This document shows, in pieces, positions 19,480 through 28,335 of a stretch of 64,000 bases of DNA (position 1 is its first letter; every line of letters begins with the position of its first letter). The notes under the pieces are model-generated. The model was not told where the DNA came from. It searched no databases and worked only from the letters and a program-made list of their open reading frames with translations. Source of the DNA: Chloroflexota bacterium (GTDB lineage Bacteria; Chloroflexota; Chloroflexia; QHBQ01; JADMIH01); assembly GCA_027317125.1 (NCBI GenBank), contig DAHVFG010000001.1, forward strand, positions 2,816 through 66,815, given 5' to 3'. Both the position numbers and the translations under genes were made by a program.

Positions 19480-21915
19480 CTATGGATTCGGCGTGGGCTG
19501 CGAAGCCACTTTCGCCCCGCCAGGTATCTGCGACGCCGAGGCTACTATAAACCAGTTGGGCCAGGGCTTGTACGCGCTGTAGAACTGATCCACTTTATCA
19601 GCTTGCCCCGGTGTGACTATGCGGCGCGTGATAACGGTATCAAGACCGGCGCGGGCCGTTTCCACCTGCTTCTTAGAGCCTGCGGGCAGCCGTGTGTCTA
19701 CTTCGTACACGTCTGGAGGGGCGGGTTGTCTGTTGGAAATCACAGGGCCTTCAAGCTTTACCTGGCCGGGGATCTTCGTGCCGTAGAAGTTGATCACAAG
19801 CGTATCGGAGGTTGTAACGGCCTCCACCAGCATATAATTAGAGGTGATATTGACGAACTTCAGGTCAACTCCAGGGTCGAAGACGGCTGCGTCAAAACCC
19901 ACAGGCTCGCCATTGGCCTCGTACCAGCCGACGCGATAAGAGTGTTGGTTGCGCTCAGTGATTTGCATTCCGCTCCAGAAGGCGGCTCTAAAGGCGGTGG
20001 TTGACACCTGGCAAACGCCCCCGCCAACGCCGAGCTGGGTCCTTTCAGCGGCGATCACATAGCCGGGCACGAAGCCATGCGCCTCATCTATGCCGCCCAT
20101 CGTTTGTAAGAAGGAGAACGTGCCTCCAGGCGGCACTACGGCGCCGTTCAGCAGATTCGCAGCCACCTTTATATTTGTCGCCCTCTCAGGGGACGAGCCT
20201 TTGAAGGTAGAGGTGCCTGTACCCATAAGCTCCTTGATGCCGAGCGCGCCAATGTCTTTACTCGACACTGTAGGGGTTATAACCTTGCCGGGCAGCGCGT
20301 ATTGCCGCTTGTCGCTTGTGCCTGTCGCCTCTTTTACAGAGCTAATCACAGTTGTGGCATCTATCTGGAAGCCGTCTGCCGACTCGCTCAGCACCGAGAT
20401 GGAGCCGTTATTCCAGGCAAAACGAGCGTTTTGGGACGAGCGGTTCGACTCGCTTGCCCACTTGTCAGCGAGGGTCTTTAGCTCGTTCTCTTTCCACCCT
20501 AGCTCAATGTGACGCTGTGCCGAGCGATCAGGGTTACGCTCTATAGTGGTAAGGCTCACCAGTGCGTCGGGAGAGAGGGAGAAAGTCTTGCCGGGGGCGG
20601 TGGCGGTTATAGGCGAGCTAATACGCACTGCCAGCAGCCCCTGCACGTACGACACCTCCTGGGCCGAAACGGTCGGCTGAAGCACATCTACAGGCAGCTC
20701 TACCGATGCGGGTTTCGCCGTGCCCTGCTCCAGTTTGGCTACTGTATCGCGCATCGCCTCGCGCACCATAGTTATAGCGTCATAGGTACGTAGGCTGCGG
20801 CCCTCTTTACCCGGCATGGCGACTATCTGGGTGCCGTTTAGTCGCACATCGCCGTCGAATAGCGTCTCATCTATCTCATTAGCGGCGATGGTGGAGAGGT
20901 AACTTTGCAAAGCAGGCTCGCTCAACCGTAGTGTAATCGGCACCATGTAGCCCTGCTGAGCAGCAGTCCACTGTTGAGAGGCGTTAGCTACGATGTCCGC
21001 ATCCCTGCCTACCTGAAACGCCTGGTTCACTGTGCCGCCAACGTCTATCGTCACCCCTATCTGGTCGGCGCTTGGCCGCCACTCTTTACCGCGCCATGTA
21101 AGCACCACAGGCTGCGAGATGAAAGCCTGCACTTTGTCGTTCAATATGCTCTTTGCTTCGTCCGGCGTCTTCCCGCCCAGGTTGACGCCCAGGACCGAAA
21201 CGCCTGAATATATCTTGCCTGCATATTGTCCCTGCCAGGCTAGAGAGAAGGCAACTACAGCTATCACTGCTATCGCCAGGATGCCCCCAAGCGTCCAGAG
21301 GATCCACCCGCCGCGACGCTTCTTTACGCCCTCAACATCAACAGCAAGGTAGCTACGGTTGGTGTTGACATTTACAGCGCGATTTTTCGCCTGAGGCAGG
21401 GGCCGGTAATCACGTGCAGGCGCATAGCTTTCATTCTCCTCATACTCCGGCTGCTCATCCCGTTCATACTGCCACCCACCGGATTTGCGCCCTTGCGGGC
21501 CTTGCACAGGTGGAGGTGGAGACGGCGTGTAGGGCTGCCTGGGCTGTGCGGGTGGCGGCTGCGCTTTGCTGCTCCGGGGCGGAGAGGTTGGCGCTGTGCG
21601 TGCGCCCTGGTTGCGGTCGAAGCGCGAAGGCTCAACTGTAGGCAGGAGACGCGTCTCTTTGGTCTCGCCTTCGCCTTGCCTGGGGTCAGGTGCGCCAGGG
21701 GCTTTAGAGGCAGGTGAATAGCCCTGCCGCCCCGCAGACTGGGCCGGGGATGCGTTGAGCCTGTCTGCCTGCTGGGGCGGATCGAGCCGAGGCCGCGAAA
21801 TTTCAGGGCGCGGCCAGGTGGGGCGTTGCGGCCAGCCGGCATTCTGGTCCATGTCTCCATTGAGACTGTTCTCCCGGCTATTACCCGGGCTTTCTCCATT
21901 GCTTCTGTTATCCAT
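19480..21915 (-). CDS. VanW-family membrane protein with long Pro/Gln-rich cytoplasmic N-terminus
   Basis: About 200-aa low-complexity P/Q/S-rich N-region, one TM (WILWTLGGILAIAVIAVVAF), then VanW domain GGTFSFLQTMGGI...GFVPGYVIAAE...GGGVCQVSTTAFRAA. Confidence 0.75.
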   Translation of the reverse strand: MDNRSNGESPGNSRENSLNGDMDQNAGWPQRPTWPRPEISRPRLDPPQQADRLNASPAQSAGRQGYSPASKAPGAPDPRQGEGETKETRLLPTVEPSRFDRNQGARTAPTSPPRSSKAQPPPAQPRQPYTPSPPPPVQGPQGRKSGGWQYERDEQPEYEENESYAPARDYRPLPQAKNRAVNVNTNRSYLAVDVEGVKKRRGGWILWTLGGILAIAVIAVVAFSLAWQGQYAGKIYSGVSVLGVNLGGKTPDEAKSILNDKVQAFISQPVVLTWRGKEWRPSADQIGVTIDVGGTVNQAFQVGRDADIVANASQQWTAAQQGYMVPITLRLSEPALQSYLSTIAANEIDETLFDGDVRLNGTQIVAMPGKEGRSLRTYDAITMVREAMRDTVAKLEQGTAKPASVELPVDVLQPTVSAQEVSYVQGLLAVRISSPITATAPGKTFSLSPDALVSLTTIERNPDRSAQRHIELGWKENELKTLADKWASESNRSSQNARFAWNNGSISVLSESADGFQIDATTVISSVKEATGTSDKRQYALPGKVITPTVSSKDIGALGIKELMGTGTSTFKGSSPERATNIKVAANLLNGAVVPPGGTFSFLQTMGGIDEAHGFVPGYVIAAERTQLGVGGGVCQVSTTAFRAAFWSGMQITERNQHSYRVGWYEANGEPVGFDAAVFDPGVDLKFVNITSNYMLVEAVTTSDTLVINFYGTKIPGQVKLEGPVISNRQPAPPDVYEVDTRLPAGSKKQVETARAGLDTVITRRIVTPGQADKVDQFYSAYKPWPNWFIVASASQIPGGAKVASQPTPNP

Positions 21916-21994
21916 AACAAACCCCCAACCCTCTCGTTATCCGGTCGTGTACCCTACGCAACAAATTGCTATCTGCCGGTTACTAATACCTACT

Positions 21995-22453
21995 TCACGC
22001 CTCTGTCCACTTGAAGCGGACGCCGCCTACTCCTATGATATCGCCTTCTGAAACGGCTACAGGGCGCGTGACTTCTGCGTCGTTGAGAAAGGTGCCATTA
22101 GTGGAGGCTACATCTTCAAGCCAGGCACGGCCGTCGCGCCAGCTTATCAAGGAGTGCTCGGCTGATATAAAGTCATCGTCAAGCACTATGCTATTGCTCG
22201 GTTTCCGACCCAACGAAGTGACAGATTGCAAGGTGAAAGTTGTGCCCGGCTCCAGGTTGCTCCGTCCCGGCTCAACAACTACCAGCTTGCCATACTTTGA
22301 TCTCGGTTGCACCGGCTCGGCTGGGGCAACTTGCCTCAGGTCACGGACGATAACGCGCATCACTTGAAAGAGGAAGATGTATATAAGCCCGATAAACGCA
22401 ATGCGTAAGCCGAGAATGAATATATCGAACGGCAGTGTCTGGAGGTTAGGCAT
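21995..22453 (-). CDS. membrane-anchored FHA-domain protein (FhaB/FipA-like)
   Basis: N-terminal TM helix then FHA: GRKPSNSIVLDDDFISAEHSLISWRDGRAWLEDVASTNGTFLN. Confidence 0.75.
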   Translation of the reverse strand: MPNLQTLPFDIFILGLRIAFIGLIYIFLFQVMRVIVRDLRQVAPAEPVQPRSKYGKLVVVEPGRSNLEPGTTFTLQSVTSLGRKPSNSIVLDDDFISAEHSLISWRDGRAWLEDVASTNGTFLNDAEVTRPVAVSEGDIIGVGGVRFKWTEA

Positions 22454-22460
22454 ATATCAA

Positions 22461-22535
22461 GTGAAACGTGACGTACTATCTACTGCATGAGCCGCGGGGT
22501 AAAGATACTGTATCTATAATCCCTCACGTTTCACG
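22461..22535. repeat. family B repeat copy C with perfect 11-bp TIRs (GTGAAACGTGA ... TCACGTTTCAC)
   Basis: 75-bp element fills the fhaA-fhaB intergenic spacer. Core ..GGTAAAGATACTGTATCTATAATCCCTCAC is the reverse complement of the 2838-2872 core. Confidence 0.55.
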
Positions 22536-22538
22536 AGG

Positions 22539-23354
22539 CTACTCCTGAACAAAGGTAAGTTCAAAGCCGCCGAGGGAAACTATATCTCCTGAGGCGAGCA
22601 CTACAGCCTCGACGGGCTGGTTGTTGACAAATGTGCCGTTGGTGGAGCGCAGGTCGCGCAGCAAGTAGTGGCTATGGCGGAAGGTGATTTGCGCGTGATG
22701 CCGAGAGACGCGCGGATCGTCTACCACAAGATCGTTGTCGAGTCCACGTCCCATAGACACCAGTGTTTTGCTGACCGGGAAGTCGCGTCCCACCATATCG
22801 CCTGTTTGCGGCTGAAGATAGGCGAGCGGGGGAGCTGCAACCGGCCTGGAGCCGGCGACGCCTGCTTGGGGGCGATTACGTGTTATCTGCGGCATAGCAT
22901 GAGTACGCGTTATTTGCGGCTCCTCGCCCCCGCTACGCCGTGCCGTGGGCGCACCCGCGCTACTCGTGATAGTTGAGGCAGCAGGCTGATCACTCAACTG
23001 GGAATCGATCTCGATGCCCCGGCGCGGTGTGCCTTCGCCTGCCTGGAGTGTAACCCTGGGCCGCGACACGAGTGAATAACCCCGCTCAGATGCGAGATCG
23101 GAGACGAACTCGGCCATGTTGTGTTCAAGCGAATGGCGAAAAGGCTCGAACTCAGCGAAGTCCTCCGGGTTAAGTGTCACCTCGTAAACATTAGGCACAT
23201 AGGTGCGCCCGACACTTATCGTGGGGTGGGCCTCCATCTCGCGCTCAAGGCGCTTGGCAATCTCGGCAGGCTGAATAGGGCTGCGAAAGAGGCGTGCGAA
23301 CGACCCTTCCATTAGTCTTTCTACGAACTCTTCAAAGCGTTGCAAAGCCTGCAC
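22539..23354 (-). CDS. fhaA: FhaA-like protein (DUF3662 N-domain + C-terminal FHA)
   Basis: From a GTG start, (M)QALQRFEEFVERLMEGSFARLFRSPIQPAEIAKRLEREM matches the FhaA N-terminus. C-terminal FHA GRGLDNDLVVDDPRVSRHHAQITFRHSHYLLRDLRSTNGTFVNN. The track ORF is extended to 23450. Confidence 0.8.
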   Translation of the reverse strand: MQALQRFEEFVERLMEGSFARLFRSPIQPAEIAKRLEREMEAHPTISVGRTYVPNVYEVTLNPEDFAEFEPFRHSLEHNMAEFVSDLASERGYSLVSRPRVTLQAGEGTPRRGIEIDSQLSDQPAASTITSSAGAPTARRSGGEEPQITRTHAMPQITRNRPQAGVAGSRPVAAPPLAYLQPQTGDMVGRDFPVSKTLVSMGRGLDNDLVVDDPRVSRHHAQITFRHSHYLLRDLRSTNGTFVNNQPVEAVVLASGDIVSLGGFELTFVQE

Positions 23355-23690
23355 AGTTATCTCCAGTCCAAAAGCCGAAGCCCACCGCAAAACAAAGCAC
23401 GGCACGCTGGCCGCACCAGAATTATACCCCCTGGCTCTGACCTGGGTCAAACCTGTGGAAAGTTGGTAAGCGTACTCTTAGCAAGAGCTTGTGGAAAGGC
23501 AGCGTGCCCGCAGACAAAGGGATGCGTAACATTATAGTGTTGCCTCTCTGGTATAGAAAGTGCTTAACACATTATGTAAAAGATGTGGAAAAGCATATTG
23601 TGCCAGTGCTATGGGCCTGATATAATTAACTTACAGCCGCACGCTGAATTTACCTTGAGGTGACTGACGGCGCCTAGAATAGAGCAATAG

Positions 23691-24344
23691 ATGCCCATAC
23701 GCCATTCACCCCCTCTCGTTGCTGATTTGGACGCAGCAGAGAAGATGAAGAGGCCTAAAACAACCGAGCCGCGCAAAAGACGCACAGAGAAGCCCCAGAT
23801 CGTCTCTAAAAAAGAGACTAACTCTCTGACCCCGCCAGCGCCAGCATCTCCCCCACAAAGCAGTAACCTTACAGAACCCATCAACAGTCCGGCCCCTGCT
23901 AACCCCCTCCAACCTCAAGCCAGCACCCGCCCCTACACTCCTGACGACTCTATCCCAACGAAAGCCAAAGAGGGCGTCATCTCGATAGCGGGTATAGAGT
24001 TCCACCACGAGAGCGAGGCGGAATTTGCTCGCCTGCTCAACTACTACGGCATTGAATGGCAGTACGAGCCGAACCAGTTCCCATTACAGTGGAGAGAGGG
24101 CCGCCCGACGGTGATGTTCGCCCCCGATTTTTATCTCACCGAATATGACCTCTACATAGAGTTGACCACCATGCGACAATCGCTTGTGCGGCGAAAGAAC
24201 CGCAAGCTGCGATTGCTGCGCGCACTCTACCCTGAGATCAATATCAAGCTCATATACCGGCGCGACTACCAACGCCTCCTTGAGCGATTTGGCATACCCA
24301 CCGAAGAGCTAGAAGCAGAGCAACCCCAACCGAACGATAATTAG
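23691..24344 (+). CDS. hypothetical protein, Pro-rich N-terminus, C-terminal possible PD-(D/E)xK-like domain
   Basis: Low-complexity N-terminal 100 aa. The C-terminal segment FHHESEAEFARLL..GIEWQYEP...MFAPDFYLTEYDLYIEL resembles a restriction-endonuclease-like fold; this is a weak, by-eye call. Confidence 0.4.
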   Translation: MPIRHSPPLVADLDAAEKMKRPKTTEPRKRRTEKPQIVSKKETNSLTPPAPASPPQSSNLTEPINSPAPANPLQPQASTRPYTPDDSIPTKAKEGVISIAGIEFHHESEAEFARLLNYYGIEWQYEPNQFPLQWREGRPTVMFAPDFYLTEYDLYIELTTMRQSLVRRKNRKLRLLRALYPEINIKLIYRRDYQRLLERFGIPTEELEAEQPQPNDN

Positions 24345-24368
24345 CCTCCTTACCAGGGCTAGTGATTT

Positions 24369-24962
24369 ATGATCGAGACCCCTTCTCTGACAACCGAATC
24401 CTCTATACTCGCCGATATTGATGTGGAAGTCTTTGTCTCCGAAGATGAGCTACAGAGCCGCATTGGTGAGTTGGCGTATGAAATAGCCCAGGACTACCGC
24501 AGCCTGGGCGTAACACCCGACAAGCCGCTGCATATGCTTGGGGTACTCAAAGGCGTGGTGCCTTTCATGGCCGACCTGATGCGTGCCATACCACTCGATG
24601 TGCCCGTCAGCGCAGACTTCCTTGCGATCACACCCTACGGCCCCGAAACCCGTAATTCGGGCGGCGTGCGGCTACTTAAAGACCTTGACGAGCCTATCAC
24701 AGGCCGTCATGTGCTGCTGATCGAAGATATAATAGACACCGGCCTCACTCTTGGCTACCTGATGAAATTGTTGCGCGGGCGGCAACCCGCATCGCTGCGG
24801 ATATGTACTCTACTCGACAGGTCGAGCGTCCGGCTGATAGATGTGCCAACGGCCTATATAGGCTTCGAGATCCCTGACCAGTTTGTCATCGGCTACGGGC
24901 TTGACTACAATGAGCGCTACCGCAACCTTCCGTACATAGGGGTGCTAAAGAACAAGCGGTAG
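24369..24962 (+). CDS. hpt: hypoxanthine phosphoribosyltransferase
   Basis: PRPP-binding motif VLLIEDIIDTGLTL, FVIGYGLDYNERYRNLPYIGVL. Confidence 0.85.
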   Translation: MIETPSLTTESSILADIDVEVFVSEDELQSRIGELAYEIAQDYRSLGVTPDKPLHMLGVLKGVVPFMADLMRAIPLDVPVSADFLAITPYGPETRNSGGVRLLKDLDEPITGRHVLLIEDIIDTGLTLGYLMKLLRGRQPASLRICTLLDRSSVRLIDVPTAYIGFEIPDQFVIGYGLDYNERYRNLPYIGVLKNKR

Positions 24963-25220
24963 CTGCCTTTCTGATAGCTAGCCGCGCCTGACACCTGGCA
25001 AGACCCCCTCCCCATGGCTGGGGATTTTTCTTTGGCAAAGAGCAAACAGTGTTGTCAAGGAGCCGGAGAATGACCGACTCGCAGCCCAGACTACGCGCCT
25101 GGGTTATAATAAGGCGGGCCAAAGACTCTGGGGAGCAAACTTCGGCTTATGAAGGATATAAGTCGGCAGGCAACATGTGCCTCATCCTTGCAAGGCAATA
25201 TCACCTTTTACGCAAAAACA

Positions 25221-26186
25221 ATGGAGGATAGCATTTTGACACACAGCGGAACGCCGTTGACTAGATTACTTTGCGTGCTGGTGGTAAGCACGATTATTCT
25301 CAGCGCATGCGACAACAGCCAACCCGCCGGCATGACGCCGACACCCGGCCCTACGATGAGCATCGCTACCCCGAACATCACGCCAACGACAGCTATGATA
25401 GCTACCATAACTACACCACAGTCAACGCTCACGCTGGGAGAGACTTCACCAACTGACCTGGCGGCTACGCCACAGGGCATCCTGACAGGAACCATGCCGG
25501 CCCCAACAGGCAGCGTAGTAGATAGAACCGCCGCCCCCGCGATATCTACGGTTAGCGATAACCAACCCAGCCCCACACCGGTGACAGCCACAAGCACAGG
25601 CGCGGAGATAACTGCTCTGCAAGCGCTCGCAAGCCTTAAGCCAAAGGCGCTGGCCTGGCAATCTGATGCCCGCTTTGCACTGCTTAGCAACGTGCGCCCA
25701 GGCCAGCAAAAGAATGTGCTGGGCAGCAGCTTAGGCGATCCAAGCGTCAACGAGACAACACCCGGAGGCAAGGGAAGCAACTGGACGCTTGTGGTCTTCT
25801 CGCCGTCGGCGAATGGGGCAATAGCAGTTAGCATCGACGGCACACAGATAGACCTGGTGAAACAAGGCGGGGTAAACAGCGACATGGTTAACGCTTTCGC
25901 CGCAGATAACATGTCATACCTTAGCCTCTCCGCGCTTGATCTCTCTAAAATGGTAGACTCAGATAAAGTGCTTGACAAAGCGGGAGCGCGCGGCAAATCG
26001 GCTGAGATAGGTGTGGCCTTGCTGGCCCCTGACGGCCTCGGCCTCGGCCCGCTCCCCACTCCACAAGCCGGGGGTTCTTCCCCACAACTGGCTTACGAAA
26101 TGTTCGGCTCAGACCCTGCAAAACAGACCTTCATCTTCTTTGATGCGATGACAGGTGAGGTGGTGCTGGATAGTTCAGCACCGTGA
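25221..26186 (+). CDS. Thr/Pro-rich lipoprotein, hypothetical
   Basis: Lipobox ..VVSTIILSAC at the N-terminus (start assumed at the internal MEDS..). Long T/P-rich low-complexity linker, C-terminal globular domain. Confidence 0.5.
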   Translation: MEDSILTHSGTPLTRLLCVLVVSTIILSACDNSQPAGMTPTPGPTMSIATPNITPTTAMIATITTPQSTLTLGETSPTDLAATPQGILTGTMPAPTGSVVDRTAAPAISTVSDNQPSPTPVTATSTGAEITALQALASLKPKALAWQSDARFALLSNVRPGQQKNVLGSSLGDPSVNETTPGGKGSNWTLVVFSPSANGAIAVSIDGTQIDLVKQGGVNSDMVNAFAADNMSYLSLSALDLSKMVDSDKVLDKAGARGKSAEIGVALLAPDGLGLGPLPTPQAGGSSPQLAYEMFGSDPAKQTFIFFDAMTGEVVLDSSAP

Positions 26187-26216
26187 CTATTACACAATCA
26201 TCGGAGAGGACAACTA

Positions 26217-26738
26217 TTGAACAGAACGGTAACTTATCTCTGGGGTCATTTGCCGCTGACACGAGCAATGCGCGGAGCTATTATCTTCTGGCTCACTCCC
26301 AAGTTCAACGTGGGGGTGATGGGCCTGGTGCGCGACGAACAAGGCAATGTGCTGCTACTTCGCCATACCTATCGTGGAGGAAGGCCCTGGGGCTTGCCAG
26401 GGGGTGGATTGAAGCCGGGCGAGATGCTGGAGGAGTGCCTGCGTAGAGAAATCCGCGAAGAGGTAGGCATCGAGGTCGAGATAGATGCTCTCTTGTCCCT
26501 GTCGTCGCACCGCAATCGCAGGGTCGTAGATATGATCTTCGCCTGCCACCCGGCGGGCGGTGAGACACTAGACAACTTCAAGTCCAACGCCGAAATTGAT
26601 GAAGCTCGCTTCTTCACGCCCGACGGACTGCCCCAAGCGATAACTTCAGGACAGGTCAAGCTAGTTCGCATGGCCTTACGGCAGGCCGCTGCAAGCAAAA
26701 GCGGTGGATTCCAGGTTGGGCAAGGCGAGATGTCGTAG
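26217..26738 (+). CDS. NUDIX hydrolase
   Basis: Nudix box GGGLKPGEMLEECLRREIREEVGIEV. Confidence 0.75.
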   Translation: MNRTVTYLWGHLPLTRAMRGAIIFWLTPKFNVGVMGLVRDEQGNVLLLRHTYRGGRPWGLPGGGLKPGEMLEECLRREIREEVGIEVEIDALLSLSSHRNRRVVDMIFACHPAGGETLDNFKSNAEIDEARFFTPDGLPQAITSGQVKLVRMALRQAAASKSGGFQVGQGEMS

Positions 26739-26816
26739 AGGAGGCGCTTACCGGCAACAAAGGTCCCGAAAGGAGCGGCCCCCGAAGGGGTAGTACCAAT
26801 TGGTATGTGCAAAAGC

Positions 26817-26845
26817 TTGCGCGCTACGCCCGTTTTGCGTATAAT
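26817..26845 (+). promoter_or_regulatory. sigma-70-like promoter for greA (TTGCGC-17-TATAAT) with upstream 12-bp palindrome TACCAATTGGTA at 26791-26802
   Basis: cTTGCGCgctacgcccgttttgcgTATAATag, about 100 nt upstream of the greA ATG. A perfect palindrome lies roughly 50 bp upstream of the -35. Confidence 0.45.
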
Positions 26846-26952
26846 AGCGCCAACCCGAAGGGTTTACTGAGCTGAGAGCGCCGGAAAGTTAGGCTTCTCA
26901 GTTTTTTCTATTGCGGGCGCTCTGTAAGAGTTACCCTGAGAGGAAGTTAAAT

Positions 26953-27420
26953 ATGGTAATGGACAAGCCTGTATACCTCACTGCTGAGGGTAAATCGTCT
27001 CTCGAAGAAGAACTTACACATCTAAAGATGACACGCCGCCCGGAGGTGGCCGACCGCATTCAGCAGGCCAAGCTGGATGGCGATATATCGGAGAGTGGCG
27101 AGTACGAAGACGCCAAAAATGAGCAAGCCTGGGTCGAAGGCCGCATTCGCACGCTGGAGCATATGCTCCAGAATGCCAAAGTGATCGAGGGAGTAAAAAG
27201 CGACACGATAGCGCTCGGCTCACAGGTAAAGCTACGCGATGGCGAAGGGGAGGAGTACGACTGGACGATGGTTGGTTCTGCCGAGGCCAACCCGCGGCAG
27301 TCGCGTATCTCAAACGAATCGCCCGTAGGCAAGGCGCTCATGGGCCACAAAAAGGGGGACAAAGTGCGCGTCGAGACCCCCGGAGGCATCGAAGAGTTCA
27401 CCATCCTGAAAGTCGGCTAA
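26953..27420 (+). CDS. greA: transcription elongation factor GreA
   Basis: MVMDKPVYLTAEGKSSLEEELTHLKMTRRPEVADRIQQAKLDGDISESGEYEDAK...; C-terminal FKBP-like domain GDKVRVETPGGIEEFTILKV. GAGAGGAAG RBS. Confidence 0.85.
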   Translation: MVMDKPVYLTAEGKSSLEEELTHLKMTRRPEVADRIQQAKLDGDISESGEYEDAKNEQAWVEGRIRTLEHMLQNAKVIEGVKSDTIALGSQVKLRDGEGEEYDWTMVGSAEANPRQSRISNESPVGKALMGHKKGDKVRVETPGGIEEFTILKVG

Positions 27421-27547
27421 GCCCCGCGAAGTAGACCGCAACCCCTACTCACCACAGGGTAGGGGCTTAGCTCATGCCTTTGTTTACATGCATCTGCGCC
27501 ACCACCGGACGAATGCAGCGCAAACCCTGCCCGGCTATAAGAAAGCT

Positions 27548-28219
27548 ATGCAACCTCTAAAAGCTGTACTCTTTGACCTTGACGGAACGCTCATTCACTC
27601 TATTGACCACATCATTGACTGCTGGCAGCATACAGCTAGCACCTGTTTGGGGCGTGAGATGAGCCGCGAAGAAATCCTGCCCACTCTGGGGCGCTCTTTG
27701 CCTGAATGCTTTGAGGAGTTAGCCCCTGGGCGCAGCGTGGAGCTACGCAACGTCTACCGTACCTACCAGCGGTCCACACACGACACTGCGGTGACCCTTG
27801 TGCCCGGCACGCACAAGACGCTGACCCGGTTGAGCGATATGGGGTTGAAGCTGGGGGTGGTTACTTCTAAGGGAATAGAGGTAGCAACCGAAGGTCTTGA
27901 CCTCTTCGGCCTTGCGTCATACTTCGACATGATAGTCACGCACGAGGACTCCACCCGGCACAAGCCCCACCCCGACCCGCTGCTCGTAGCAGCCAGGCAG
28001 CTGAATATAGCGGCCTCTCAAATGCTCTACGTAGGTGATGCGGTAGTAGACATCGAGGCGGGCAAGGGGGCAGGCATGCACACGGCAGGCGTTCTGTGGG
28101 GTGCAGGCTCTCAGCAGGAGTTAGCTGCCGCCGAGCCTGATTACCTGCTTGAAAGTATGGGTGATCTCCTTGAGATAGCACCCCTGCGGGTGACTGCAAG
28201 GCAGATGCGTGAAACGTAA
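27548..28219 (+). CDS. HAD-family hydrolase (phosphoglycolate phosphatase-like)
   Basis: Motif I AVLFDLDGTLIHS, motif II VVTSK, motif IV VGDAVVDIEAGKGAG. Confidence 0.75.
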   Translation: MQPLKAVLFDLDGTLIHSIDHIIDCWQHTASTCLGREMSREEILPTLGRSLPECFEELAPGRSVELRNVYRTYQRSTHDTAVTLVPGTHKTLTRLSDMGLKLGVVTSKGIEVATEGLDLFGLASYFDMIVTHEDSTRHKPHPDPLLVAARQLNIAASQMLYVGDAVVDIEAGKGAGMHTAGVLWGAGSQQELAAAEPDYLLESMGDLLEIAPLRVTARQMRET

Positions 28220-28253
28220 GGGATCATGCATGTACTATCCTTACCCCCTCATG
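28208..28253. repeat. degenerate family B repeat copy D overlapping the HAD gene stop codon
   Basis: CGTGAAACGTAAGGGATCATGCATGTACTATCCTTACCCCCTCA resembles the reverse complement of copy C (cgtgaaacgtGAGGGATTATagatacagtatctttacccc). Confidence 0.35.
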
Positions 28254-28335
28254 CTTTACCCTGCTTCGTAGGCAAGGGCACCCATCTTGCTCTTATCTGG
28301 ACGCTTGCATATTTACCCTCCTCAGAGCGCAAAAA

